Positions 40,964-53,149 of a stretch of DNA of 64,000 nucleotides are shown here, piece after piece. The stretch is taken from the NCBI GenBank assembly GCA_013239625.1, contig MU053873.1, forward strand, positions 3,300,524-3,364,523, in the 5' to 3' direction. Both the position numbers and the translations under genes were made by a program. Each line of letters begins with the position of its first letter. Position 1 is the first letter of the stretch. This DNA comes from Lama guanicoe (taxonomy: Eukaryota). The notes beneath the pieces were generated by a model that worked only from the letters and a program-made list of their open reading frames with translations, ran no database searches and had not been told where the DNA came from.

Positions 40964-41321
40964 CTGGGAGAGGGAGAGAGACAGGGAGGGAGGGAGGGAG
41001 GGAGAGGAGGGGAGAGAGAAGAGCAGCAAAGGAGCGGAGGGCAGAAGACAGGGACAGAGGAGAAGAGGAAACGGAAGGAAAGAGGTTCTCAGCTACTGAG
41101 CCAGAACAGGGAGCTGGAGAGGGAGCCTGGGACAGGTCAGAAATGGGTAGCATTCTCTCCCCTTGGAGCCCATTTACACAGAGGGTTCTGAACTGTGACC
41201 CCAGACCCTTTGAAGACAGAGGCTGGGTCTGACTCATATGGGACTCTTAACAGTTGGCACAGTGCCAGGCACAGAGTCGGCACCCAGATGGTTGGGTGTG
41301 CTGACCCATCTCATACCTAGA

Positions 41322-41518
41322 TCTGGGATGGCAGGTAAAGGTGTACAGGCTGCCACTCCTCCTTCCAGTGCCCATAACAGGCATCACTAATCAATCACAC
41401 TTTCCAGTTGTGTTCTGAACGGGACTCAGAATCCGTTCTCAGCAGAGTTTGGTCACCAGCCATAAGCTACCGACAAAAGTGGGCTCATGAGACGAAATCC
41501 ACGTGCCCACTTGCCCTA
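41322..41518 (+). mobile_element. MER112-like hAT fossil (related fragments near 19290-19430, 35450-35555, 56090-56260)
   Basis: gggatggcag...ggcatcactaatcaatcac...tcagaatccgttctcagc...gagacgaaatcc. Confidence 0.55.
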
Positions 41519-41833
41519 GGCTCCGAGTTCCTCAAGCAACACTGCAGAAACCAAACAATGCTTGTTGCTCTAATGATCAGTTAAATAATTAATTAACAAG
41601 GCTCAAACGCCTTTGAAAACAGCAGCTAATAGACCAGCTGCCAAGGGTGAAATGACACCTAATCATTCCCACCCAAAAAGCCACCTATCCCCATCCTAGT
41701 CTCAGCTGCTCCTTACCCCTCCCCACCCCGCCCTTCCCAAACTGGGATCAGGACCTGACAAACCTGGCTAGCAGCAGTAGGGGGCAAGAGAGGAAAACAC
41801 TTAGACCCCAGAGGTGCTAACACCCCTAATTAC

Positions 41834-41900
41834 CAAGAGTAAATCCATCCTTCTGAACCAGCCAGACTTTCTCTGCCTCGTACCATCTGTCCTCAGGAGC
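41834..41900 (-). CDS. MYO18B: MYO18B coding exon 4 (APEDRWYEAEKVWLVQKDGFTL), start of the SH3-like region
   Basis: 67 nt, ctctcag acceptor, G|gtaatt donor, phase 0/1. Myosin-18 W..EKVWLV.KDGF motif. Confidence 0.95.
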
Positions 41901-42430
41901 CTGAGAGCAAAGATCACATAAATTAGAGCAAGATGACACTGCCCCCACGAACCAAGGGAACTGAATTCCTTATGTAGGAGTTTCTCAGTGGGGCTGGGAG
42001 CACCTAAATCAGAAGGTTCTGGTGGGGGTGGGGAGTGCTTATTTAAATGCAGGAGCCATGGTCCTACCCCCAGCTTTCTGACTGGGAAGCTCCAAAGTGG
42101 GGTCCAGGAATCTCCATTTTGGGCAATCAGCTATGTACGCAGCACAGAGAACTGTCACGTGACACTGTAAGCTCAGCCACAAGGGGACATCTCACACGGC
42201 TGGGACGTTCTCTCACCCTATGGAGACTCTCACCCCGGGACAGGTGCTGTGGGGGTCTCAAGACGTCTGCTTGTCAAGAGGGAAGTGTCTGCTCCCACCT
42301 CTGGGCTGGCCACCCTCTCCAACTCCCTGTCCACCTCCTGTTCCCAGCCTGTCCAGCACCAATGCAGGTCTTTCCCACTCCTCCTTCTCTGGCCTGCCCC
42401 TTCCCACTCCCGGTGCTGTGGCCCCCTCAC

Positions 42431-43657
42431 CTGGTCCGAGACTCTGCTCTGGCCGCCTCCACTCCCCTCCTGCAGGGCTGGCCCCTCTCGGCTCTTCATC
42501 TCGGGCCTTTCTGCACAGCTCTCCAGAGCAGGCTTTCTAGGTCCTTCCATCTCCAGCTCTGGGCCCCCATCACCGGTGCTAGTGCAGGGCTCCTCTGCTT
42601 CCTGCCCTCTGCTTTCAGGCTGGTCCTCCTTCCCGGCTGCTGCCGGCGTCTCCCCACGTGCATCCATCTCCTTTGGGGCTTGAGAGCCCTTCTCTGTCTT
42701 CCTTCCAGCTTTCCCTGCCTCCTCAGACCTGCTCTGAGGCTGCCCTACCTTTTCCATCTCACCCTGGGGTTGACCTGCTCTCTCCATTGCTCCGGGAGCT
42801 TCTCCCACCTGTCCTTGTGCTGTGCCCACCTTCTCTGCCTTGGCCTGAAGCTCCTCGGTCTTGTTTGCCTGACTTAGGAGCACACCTTCTTTGTCCTTCT
42901 TACTCTGGGGACCGTCCCACCTGCTTCTTCTGCCCAGGGAAACTCCCCATCTTCTCACCTGGGTTCTGGCCCCAGCCCACTTCCTTTCACCGGCTGCCTC
43001 CTGGGAGAGATTCCCCTTTGCCACCTTGCTTGAGGGGTCCCCTCCCCGTTTCTCCACTGTCCCTGGTTGCCCCCCCTCCCCTGGCCCCTCTTTGCCCTGG
43101 AGTTCACCCCCTTTCACCCCTTTGGTCTGTGGGGCCCCGCCCCCCTTCCTCACTGTGCCTTGATCCTTCTCGCCTTCTGTCGGTAACACAGTTCCCAGGT
43201 CCCCAAGACCCCCAGCCTGGGTCCTCTCAGCCTTCGGAGCTGCATCCTTGGTGCTGGCCTGGGGGCCACAAGGAGTCTCTGAGGTCTCCCCTTTCTTTTC
43301 AACCCCAGGGTCTGTGGCTGGGGGTGGGGTCTTGCAAGTGGGTGCCCCACGGGGCTGGGTCCTCTGCTCCGGCCTGGCTGAGTCCGAGTCCAGCTTGGCC
43401 ACCATCAGCAACACATCGCCCCTCCTCACCCCCCTCTTGAAGGGCAGGGGTTTTCTGGCTGGTGTCCCGCTGGGGCCCGACTCCTGGGGCCTCTCGCCAT
43501 TGATGCTGGTCATCAGCATGGGGTCCACGGTGCCGGCCCCCTCGCTCTTCCTGCCCAGAATGTCTGCGCTCTGGGAAGAGCTTGAGATTTGTTGGCTTCC
43601 AGATTTGGTGCTGCTGTCGGACTTGCTGTTGGTCTGGTTGAAGGGAATTTCTGGGGT
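42431..43657 (-). CDS. MYO18B: MYO18B coding exon 3, large N-terminal extension exon (TPEIPFNQ...PFKRGVRRGDVLLMVAKLD...SRVSDQ)
   Basis: 1227 nt open frame overlapping ORF 42230..43528. ttttctcctag acceptor, CAG|gtgagg donor. Contains the conserved KRGVRRGDVLLMVAKLD block. Confidence 0.94.
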
Positions 43658-46600
43658 CTAGGAGAAAACACCACAACCATACTTAGCTGCTTGCTACCAC
43701 TCACTCATTCACTCACTCACTCACTTGTTCACCCAACCATTTACTCATCCAAAGACTCTCAAGAACCTACAGGCAATGAGCTGAACCCTAATATCCTAGG
43801 CTTTGGCTCCAAACCTCAAGGCCAAGTGATGTAATGAAAGGAGTGGACTCTGGAGCCCAACAGACCCAAATTCAACTCCTAACTCTGCCACTCACTAGCT
43901 GTGTCGCCCTAGGTAAGTTACATCCCCTCTCTAAGCCAGTTTCCCTTAGGACCATAATGGCCTACTACACAGCGTGGGTGTGGGGATTCCTAATACATGG
44001 AGAATGAGCCCGGCACCTAGTAAGTCCTCAGTCACAGGAGCCACTATTGCTGCGCCTGTCACTGGTGCTGCTGTCACGAGTGCTGTTACTATTATTTACA
44101 CCTGATCCTGCTAGGCAGCGATGGGGAAAGGACCTGGACCTGTTCTTGCCTTGGCTTCGATGCTTTCCAGCTGGGTGACCACAGACGACATCACCTCTCC
44201 TCTCTGAACCTTGGTTTTCCCTCAGTGCAGGCAGATACCATCTCACCACCCAGGTTTTTTGTAGGATGAGATGTGGAAACTGCAGAGAACTGAATGAAAT
44301 GAGCTGCTGCTGCCTCCACTGTCCTGGTCCCTGTACCACACCTGCAGACCAGGTGAGGGCCCTGGTTCTGCCCCTGAGGTCCTCCACTTTTGCTTGACCT
44401 AGACATCTGGGAACACAACACCCTGGGGTCTCCACTGCCTGTTCCTCTCCCATGTTTGTCTTTCTATTGTCTTGTGAGGTCAGCCCTGCCCAGCCCTCCA
44501 TCCTTAAGCCAGCCTGGCTGCAGCCTGAACTGCTCACAGGGTCAGCTTTGCCTCTGCAGAAAAGGACTGAGGGGGAGCTTCCACCCTGATGCCTGGTTTC
44601 ACCATCTGCGCTAGTCTGGGTTCTACAATCTTGGATCAGAACACCAGCCTCCCACACACCTGTGCCTGGGAATCTGGGGTTCTCACCCTCCTCCAGTACT
44701 CCAACCAGCCCCAGGACTGCATTGATTCTACCCTGCAAAGTTTCACATCTGAATTTCCTTTCCCAAACCCAGGTCTGCTAGCTCTCACCTGGGCCACTGC
44801 CACAGCCACTGAGTTGATGTCCCTTCAATTTGCTGCCAGTCATTCAAAACCTGATCAAAAGATGCTGGCAAGTGCCCAGGAAAATCATTTCAGCCTCCAG
44901 GAAAACCATTCAACACTGCCATCTGCCAGTCAACGTTCTCAAAGAGGAGCCCCCTCCTCTGGAATTATTGTTCCTGCTTATCTCCAAGTCTCTGTCCCAC
45001 CAGGCATTTCCTGCCACACCTGACACTCCCCTATTTCCATACTCTGTTCAAGCTGAGCTTGCTGCCTGGAATGCCCTTTCTCCTCTCCACTTGTCCAGGT
45101 TCTATGCATCTTTCTACACCCAGCTCAAATACCACATCCTCCATGAACCTTTGCCTGAAAACCTCAATCAGAAACTGTCTCATAGGCCCATGAAGTCCCA
45201 GAGCACCGTGTGCTGGGGCACCATTTACTGCAAGTATCATGTTTTGCATCACATTCTAGCTCTGATTTGTGTCTCTCTCCTGTTTTAAGTGGTGGATGGC
45301 CCCAGAGCACAGTCTCAATCTTCATCTTTGTAAAAATGACAACAAGAGTTATTGATCAGTCCTTACAGTGGGTCCTACATCACCATCGTGGGATATCCTA
45401 CTTAATCCAATAAAGAACCCAAAGAAGTAGGTTCTAAACTTCGCCCCATCCTACAGATAAGGGAAGAAATGCAAACATGTTAGGTGGCCCGAGACAAACC
45501 TATAATGGAAAATCACACGGGCCTCCGAGTTTAAAGCCAGTGCCATTACGCACCTCATAGCAATAGCCTTACTTGCCTTTCTGGGACTCACTGGAATCTC
45601 CTGGGCGCTTTAAAAAATTCTGACATTTTGGCTTCCATCCCAGAGAGTCTACACAGTTGGTCTGGGCAGCGCCCCTACCCCCAGGTGACTGCAACATGCA
45701 ACTAGGGCTGAGAACCCCTGGTAGAATCTCCATGGCCTGGGCACTCAGCCTGACCCTCTGGGACCCGACAGGATATCTCCTTGGAAAGGGGATTGGCTGC
45801 ACCTGGCACATCTCACCAACGTTTCCACCATTTTGCAAAGTGAGTCAGTGCCTTATTTTTAACCAAACCACAGCAGTGGAGACAGTAACATGGGGATGGG
45901 TCAAACAAGATAACGCCTGCCAACTTCCCTCCCCTCCACCCAGGGAATTCTCTCCCTTCGGATTTTCTCCATCTCCAAAGCCCTTAGTCCCCTCTGAGGC
46001 CTTCTTAATACAAGGGGAAGCAGCATGTCTAGACTTACCAGAGCTCAAAGGAAATACACAGCACATCCATTTTACAAATGAGCACACTGAAGCAAGAGTG
46101 GGGAAGGGATCTGGCCTGGACCATATGGAGTGGTGGGGCCAGAGCTAGAACCCAGTTCTCCTGACATTCAAGGACCTCTTCCTGCCCCTGTGTTAGTCCA
46201 GCCTCTCCTTGTCCCTCATGGCTGGGTGGCCTTAAGAAAACCAAGTTGCCTTCCTGTGCCTCATTTTCCATCCCTGCAAAATGGTGATGGATTCCAGTGG
46301 CTCCCTGAAAGGATTATGTGAGGATCAAATCAGACAGCTGTGCTGGGGTGAGGAGAGAGAATCCAATTATTTAGTGATCAGGACAAGAAAATACAATCAG
46401 CAGGAGCCAGTCAGGGCTTGCTGCCTCACAGGAACATGTCCTGAGGTTGCCCTGTTCCAGCCCCAGGAACATCTTGGCCTGTGGTCCAGACACCTGTTGC
46501 GGTCTGAGGCCTGTCCATCCTGCTCTGAGTCTCCATCCAGGCCCTATGGTGACAGTCTGTCCCATTCTCTGCTCAGCTCTACTTCTTAAGTTGTGCACAG

Positions 46601-48196
46601 AGACACCAGCATGGCCTGCACGCTCCTGAATTCTTTCCTCTCCAGGCTTCTGGGGCCACTGCATGAGCCACCTCACTCCCCAGACTGGTCCTTCCCCAGG
46701 CAGCTGGCCAGAGTAGGGAATACACAGACCTGACTTCACTGAACCTCAGTCTCCACTTCTGATAAGTGGGTATAATCCCATTTACCCACTGATGCACAGG
46801 GTATCAAAGGAGCCCATGAGCAGAGAATCTTGTGCAGTGATAAACAGTACACAACAAACTTCCTCATGACCTAACAGCAGCCTGTGGGAGTCGACTCTGG
46901 CCCCTACTCACTGGGTCAGGCAGGAGTGGGCACAGAGCCTGTCCTCTCCGTCCTCCCCACCCCACCACAGACTTGGTAGGTGTGTTCTGTTAGAGAACTC
47001 CTCTGATGCAGCAAAGTAACTGTGATTGGACAGGTGCAGACACGTGGTGGCCGGCTGGGTCAACAGCTGAAGGGGCATGGGAGGCAGAGCCAGAGTGGCC
47101 ACTGGGCTCGAGCCAACTCTAGGCCCTTAGGCCACCAGATCATGCAGCTCAAACACTGCAGCATTCACCTCACCTCCAGAGGGCGCTGCAGAGATACAAG
47201 GAGAGGCCCTTTCTGCTAAAATGGGGATATGCCCAAGGTGCACTGCATTCCAAGCCCCCTTCCCTGGTGTCCAGCCCCATCGCCCTGCCAGGGTTCCTTG
47301 TCTAAAGAGCCAGGGAAAAGGAGGGAGGCAGCACTAGACACCATCAGGGATAAATTAGCAAGTCTCTAAAGCACAGGGACCGCATCTCGTCTACCTACTG
47401 CTTCCAGCCAGCAGCGCTATTCTCAAGTACAGGGTTTTGGTGGACACCAACCAATCAGAAGGGCTGACAGCTGGAGCAGGGTCCTGGGGTCTCTACCTGT
47501 GCCAAGCAGTAACACTTTAATTATTGGCTTGTGGCCACCCTGAGGGACTCAGGGAAGGACTGAGGTGAGCATGACAGCTGAATGGCACTTGGGGGACTTG
47601 GGGCCACGGCCATTTACCACCTGGTATGGAAGGGTTTCAGTATTTTACCAACAATACAGCGACAACCAGTGAATCCCAACTAAACATCTTTTCTGCTTAA
47701 ACGAAAGCACGCTCTCATCCTTAGGTAATATTCAGGTTTCCCTTTCTGCACAAGTAGTGGTAAAATGATCCCTATCACACATCAACTGGTATCATTCATT
47801 CATTCATTCAACAACAATTTTTCAGCACTTGCTATGGACCAAGCACTATGAGAGCTGCTCAAGATACAGCAGAATGAGAGAGTTGTTGCTCTTAAGGAAT
47901 CCCTAGTCAGATAAGCCATATCATCAAGTAATTACTATGCTGACCACAATTCAACAGGCATAGGAAGTGCGGTGGGAATCAGAGGAAGGAAGGCAATGGG
48001 AGAGCTTTCCAGAAACATACTATTTGCACTGAATTTTGAAGGATGTATAGGAGTTCAACAGATTAAAGCGAAGACAGGACACTCCTCAAAGTGAGGACCG
48101 CAGGAACAAAGGTTGGCAAGTGACTCAGGGGAGGCTCAGGGGACAGGATGGTGGGTACTGACGGTCACCTGGTCCCCACCCTGTGGGGCCACTTAC

Positions 48197-48355
48197 CTCT
48201 CGTTCCGGAGAGGCAAGCGCTGTCTCTTTTCTCTGTCTTGCTTCCTTGGACTCTTTCTCAGTCTCCCGGACCAGCTGTCTAATGAAGCCTCCTGGGATGA
48301 CAGAGAACAGGGGAGGGGGCGAGGACGGTGGGGGGCTCTTGTCCTCGTCCCGAAT
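48197..48355 (-). CDS. MYO18B: MYO18B coding exon 2 (IRDEDKSPPPSSPPPLFSVIPGGFIRQLVRETEKESKEARQRKETALASPERE)
   Basis: 159 nt, aacag acceptor, GAG|gtaagt donor, phase 0/0. Translation matches MYO18B. Confidence 0.96.
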
Positions 48356-49965
48356 CTGTTTTGTGGAAGCAAGGAAGGAGAAAGCTCAGTGAATGACCCT
48401 GCATGAGCAAGTGGCCCTTTAAAGAGTCTGTGATGGAGCTGGGGAGGGAGGCACACATGACCAAGCCTGTGTATGAAAGGCCACAGCAAAGCAGGTGAGG
48501 TTCGACATGGAAGTGGAATGCCTGAGCTTCAGAAGTGACTGTGGTCAGTGTGCTCTATGCCTGGACCGAGTTTCCTCATGATGTGCATTTACACCATCAA
48601 GGCCACTGGTTCCCTCCCTTGGTGTGAGACAGAACTGCTTCAAAAAGAGCTTTTCCAGTTTCTGGAACGGGATGGATCCCAGAGAACCATTCACACTCTC
48701 CTGTTCCATCTCCCTTGCAGTTAGTAGAATAGATTAAGCCATTAATTCATCGCTCTATCACTTCTGTGTGCCAGGAACATGGAAAGGGAGGGAAGGGCTT
48801 GCAGCCACGGTTTATGTAAGAATCCAGCCCTGTGGCTACAGCCCACTCTGCCCACCCAGTGCTGTGGCTTCCTAACCCTCCCCAAACCAGGACCTGGGAA
48901 GCCAGGGGCTCCTCAACGCTGGGCTTTAAAGTCTGCACTTTACCCTAGAAACATGGTTCAGGCCAGAGCTGACTGCATTTGGGCTGTAGCTGAGGACTGC
49001 CCCGGTGATCTTGGGGGCTGAAACCTGGGGTTGTAACCAATGGGGTGGGCCTTTAACCAACATCAGTGACTGCTCGTGAGTTTCTATAGCTAGGTCTAAA
49101 ATAAGCTCCTTATCAAGGTCCTCTCCAGAGGCTAGCTAACACTTGATCTCTGCAGCCCTGCTGATAAAAGGGGAATCCAAAGGAGACAGCAAAGTCCAGA
49201 AGGCAAAGCAGAGGGCAAGAAATAAGGCAGACCTCCGCCTGGGAAGAGTGAAGCAGGAGACACACGAGGCTGGGCTCACGTTTACACCACACTGCCCCTC
49301 TTGATGGGACTGAGACCGCGTCATAAGTGAAAGGTGCTGCAGGTGTCAAAATTATTCTGGATGCTGCATCCAGATCAGTCCGGGAGGGGCAGAGGCAGCC
49401 AGAAAGAAGCTTCTGGACCACCCCACCCTTCACCCTCCAATGCATCAAAACATGTGCACATGGGTGGGAGGAGGGGTGGAGGAGATAACACGCATCAAAG
49501 AGGCAGCCCTTCAAGGAGTCTTATGAGAAATACAAAAGGGAAAAGAGGAATCACTGGGAAGAAGGGCTTGTTTCCAATTCTCCATGGTGACAGAAGGCAG
49601 GGACCTCAGAAACCCATCCCCAGGGCATAAACCTGGCCAACAGCTCTGCAACCCCTCCCCAGCATACGCCCCTCCTCACCACCCCACAACCCCATACTCA
49701 TTCCCTCACTGCCTACTGAGAACAGGCAGCGACCAGGCAGCCATGAGGGAGTCAAGGACATGGTCACTAATGTCCAGCTGGGCTGGGAGGCCATGCCTAA
49801 CCGAGGCAGATGGAGGGGGACTGGACATGCCCCAGAGAGGCACTGGGACTTCAGAACCCCTGCCCGAGGTGGGAGGGGGCAGCCTGGACTAGCCCGGCTG
49901 AAACTTATCCTTGGAGTGTCCAGCTGGCCCCAGTGGCTGCAGTCTGAGCCCTCAGCGTTACTTTC

Positions 49966-50004
49966 CTTCTGCTCCCACAGGGCGAGGCGTGATGAGATGG
50001 CCAT
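49966..50004 (-). CDS. MYO18B: MYO18B coding exon 1 (MAISSRLALWEQK). The exon including 5' UTR spans 49966-50115.
   Basis: ATG at 50004 gives the known MYO18B N-terminus. A pyrimidine tract and CAG acceptor sit at 50116-50150. The phase-0 end is followed by GAAAGT, a non-canonical donor. Confidence 0.93.
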
Positions 50005-50074
50005 GCTGCGGCCGTGGCAGGACCACGAGGTGAGATGAGATGGAGCTCTCGGCCAGACAGCACGGAATGCGGCT

Positions 50075-50095
50075 TTATGGACACACACAGCGCAT
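50075..50095 (-). other. Short uORF (MRCVCP*) in the MYO18B 5' UTR
   Basis: ATG CGC TGT GTG TGT CCA TAA lies inside the exon, out of frame with the main ATG and ending 70 nt before it. Confidence 0.6.
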
Positions 50096-50752
50096 GAGGT
50101 GATGGACACACGAGACTGAACCACAGAGACACAGTGGGGAGAGAAGAGAGATAGGTGAGCTCATGGGCACCGCCCGGCTCCCATTCCCCACCATCATCAT
50201 GTACCAAGAACCCACAGCCAGGCACAACTCACTGTCACTTACATCTGGGAGGAACGCAGTCAGCACAGGGCTGCTGGCCATGGAGCAGACAGTGCACTGA
50301 AAGCCTTTGCCCTCAACCCTACACTTCAACTTTCTCATGACATATACAATCAGAAGAGCACATACTCATTAAATGCACAGCTCAGTGCACTCACATAAAG
50401 AACTTAAATGTAACCAGTACCCTGACCAAATTAAAACTATTGTTTTAAATTTTTTAAATAAACACTATGATTTTAAAAATATTTTAAATCCAGTTAAAAT
50501 TTAGTGTATTACTGATTAAAAGAATCATCTTAATTTTAATCAAAATTATAAAAATAAAAAATAACTTTAAAATTATTAAAAATAAATTTTAATTTAATTT
50601 AAAATATTGTATTTATATAAAACAAAATCAAATCCAATCAGGCAAATCTAATTTACAGTGATAGAGGCTGGAAGAGCTGTTAGCTTTTGCTTGGGAAGAA
50701 CCATGGGGGAACTTTCTAGGGCAATGGGAATGTCCTATATCTTGATGTAAGT

Positions 50753-51189
50753 TGTGAAATATGAAATAGAATAGTCACTCATGTCAAGTGGCTTCAAAAT
50801 GGCATGGAGAGCCAGGCCATTAATGAGATGGATCTTACGCACATCCTCACCAGGTGCAACTAGGAACTTTTGAATTGGTCCAAACCACAAAGATCCCAAG
50901 GACCCTACAAGAACACCTGCCGTAAGTCCCAGTAAAGAAATTTTACTTCCCTCTAGTGATAGCCTCCACGCTCAATCACATTTAGCTAGGACCAGCTTCA
51001 GCCTCCAATTCCAATTCCAAATCTTTGTAATGCAAACCTCCCTCCTTGGCCTTTAAAAGCCCCTGAATTTTACTCCCTGGCTGGACACTGCATTGTTACC
51101 CAAATCTGTGTACCTCGAATTGCAACTCTTTAATCCCAAATAAAGGTTTCTGGTTGGATGACTGCCTCCTAGCTTCATGTAGGTGGACA
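50753..51189 (+). mobile_element. ERV solo LTR nested in an L1 fragment
   Basis: TG...CA ends, TATA-like tttaaaag at about 51052 and AATAAA at about 51138. Flanks aagt/tagt resemble a 4-bp TSD. Confidence 0.7.
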
Positions 51190-51959
51190 TAGTGCTGGTT
51201 ATGCTAGTACATCCCCTGTAAAAACTCATTCAGCTGTACAATTAAGATCGAAAATTTTAGTGTATTAAATCCTATCTCAATTTGAAAAATAAACAGAATA
51301 TTACCACCCCCTTGAGCATCCCTTGTGTCCCCTTCTAGTAACCACCCCCTGAAGGGCAGCCGCTAACCTGGTTTCTAAAATCACAGAACAGGGTGTTTCT
51401 CTTGTGAGGGAGCAGGCGGCCCCACAGTTTCACTACGAAAATGAGGAACGCGTAGGAAACCTCAGCTATGAATTGACCCAGAGCTCTGGGGAAAAGCTTA
51501 AGCTTGTTCAGCATCATTCTGAAAGCCCTAAACACTCATAACATTTGACCTCTTCTGGAAAACAAGTTTGAGGAAGTGATCCTCAACCAGAAAACGTCAT
51601 CACTGTGTTGCTTGTAGTGCTAAAAAAACAAAAAACAAAAAAACCAAAAAAACCCGAAGTGTCCAATAACTACAGAATGTCAAATAAATCAGAGTACACC
51701 TGACTTGAATATTAAAATGCCACTGAAAAGGATGTTTAGGAAACGTTTTAAAACAGCTTTATTCATCCCATTGTCAGAACTTGTAGAAGGCCAGTGTCTG
51801 TACAAACTGCTGAAGAGTTTCACGTGTCCCTTTGTTCCCATACTATAAATAGAAACGTCAGGGAAAAATGTAAATTAGCAGGCTCAAAGTGGAAAGAACC
51901 TGTCTGCCTCATATCCAGGTGTCATTAATAACAGTAAATTATTAACGCAAAAATAAAAA

Positions 51960-52550
51960 ACTGTCTTTACTGAAGTATAATTTCTATGCCAGCTGTAAGA
52001 ATCACCCGTTATAAGCATACACTTCGATGCTTTTTGAAAAATTAACCATTTTTAAAATAAATTTACAGAGTACTGCAACCATCACCAGAATTTCATCGCC
52101 CCCAAAAGACCCTTCACGTCCATTTGCAGCCTCAGCCCCAGGCAACCACTAATTTACTATCTAGCCTCTACCGGTTGCCTTTTCCAGACATGTGATATAA
52201 ACAGAATCCTAGAGAATGCAGTCTTTTACATCCTTTCACCTTGCATAATGTTTTGGAGCTGTGTCTGCTTTATCGTGTAAGTCAGTGTTCCCTCGTACAG
52301 ATAAACCACATCATCTTTATCCATTCACCCACTGATGAGCATTTGGGTTGTTTCCACCTGGAGGCCGTGATGAATACCGCGGCTCTGAATAGTCACAGAA
52401 GTCTTGGGGTGCCCAGGTGTTTCCACTTCTCTTTGGGAGCTTCCTAGCAGGGGGCACTGCTGGGTACTACGCTAATTTTACGTTTGACTCTTTAAGAAAT
52501 GGCCCAACTGTTTACCAAAGTGGCTGCGCCATTTCCCATCCCACCTGCGG
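51960..52550 (-). mobile_element. L1MB/ME-type 3' fragment
   Basis: ctttactgaagtataa...caggcaaccactaatttac...ccattcacccactgatgagcatttgggttgtttccacc. Confidence 0.8.
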
Positions 52551-52711
52551 TGTCTCGGGCTCGTTTGGGAAGCATCTGCAGTCACAGTGGAAGGTGTTTG
52601 TGTTGGCTTGTGAAGAGAATAAGATGGAGGAAAGCACCGCACACATACAAGAACTATCCAAAATGGGCAAATAACAAAGCACTCCACACAGAAAACAAAA
52701 AGCAGAAAGAA

Positions 52712-53073
52712 ACAGCACAGGTTCTGCGTCTGCGATTTCAACCAAGCATGGACGGGAACAATGCGGGGGGGAAAAATTCCAGAAAGTTCCAAAAAGCAAA
52801 ACTTGAATTTGCTGTGCCCTGGCAACTGCTGACACTGCATTTACGTTTACACTGTATTTACATAGCATTTGCATTGTGTTTATAACTGCTGACACGGGCA
52901 TTTACATTGCATCAGGTACAAGTAATTTAGAGACGATTTAAAGTATACAAAGGAGGCTGTGCATACGTTATATGCAAATACTACATTTTATACAAGGGAC
53001 TTGCGCATCCACGAGTGTCTGTATCTGTGGGGGTTCCTGGAACGAATCCCCTGCGAATACAGAGGGATGACTA
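52712..53073 (-). mobile_element. MER2/MER2B-like TcMar-Tigger DNA transposon
   Basis: ttccaaaaagcaaaacttgaatttgc...ttatatgcaaatactac...ggttcctggaacgaatcccctgcgaatacagagggatgact. Confidence 0.8.
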
Positions 53074-53149
53074 TGCAGCAAAATCTTAGGGAACCAGGCC
53101 AGGAGGGGAGGAACGAGTCTCTTTCCCCTTTCATTTTTTTCACTTCTAG

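Noticed and set aside
42047..43440. Long plus-strand ORFs of 276 and 260 aa
   Set aside because: They are antisense shadows of the GC-rich MYO18B exon and show no recognisable domain.
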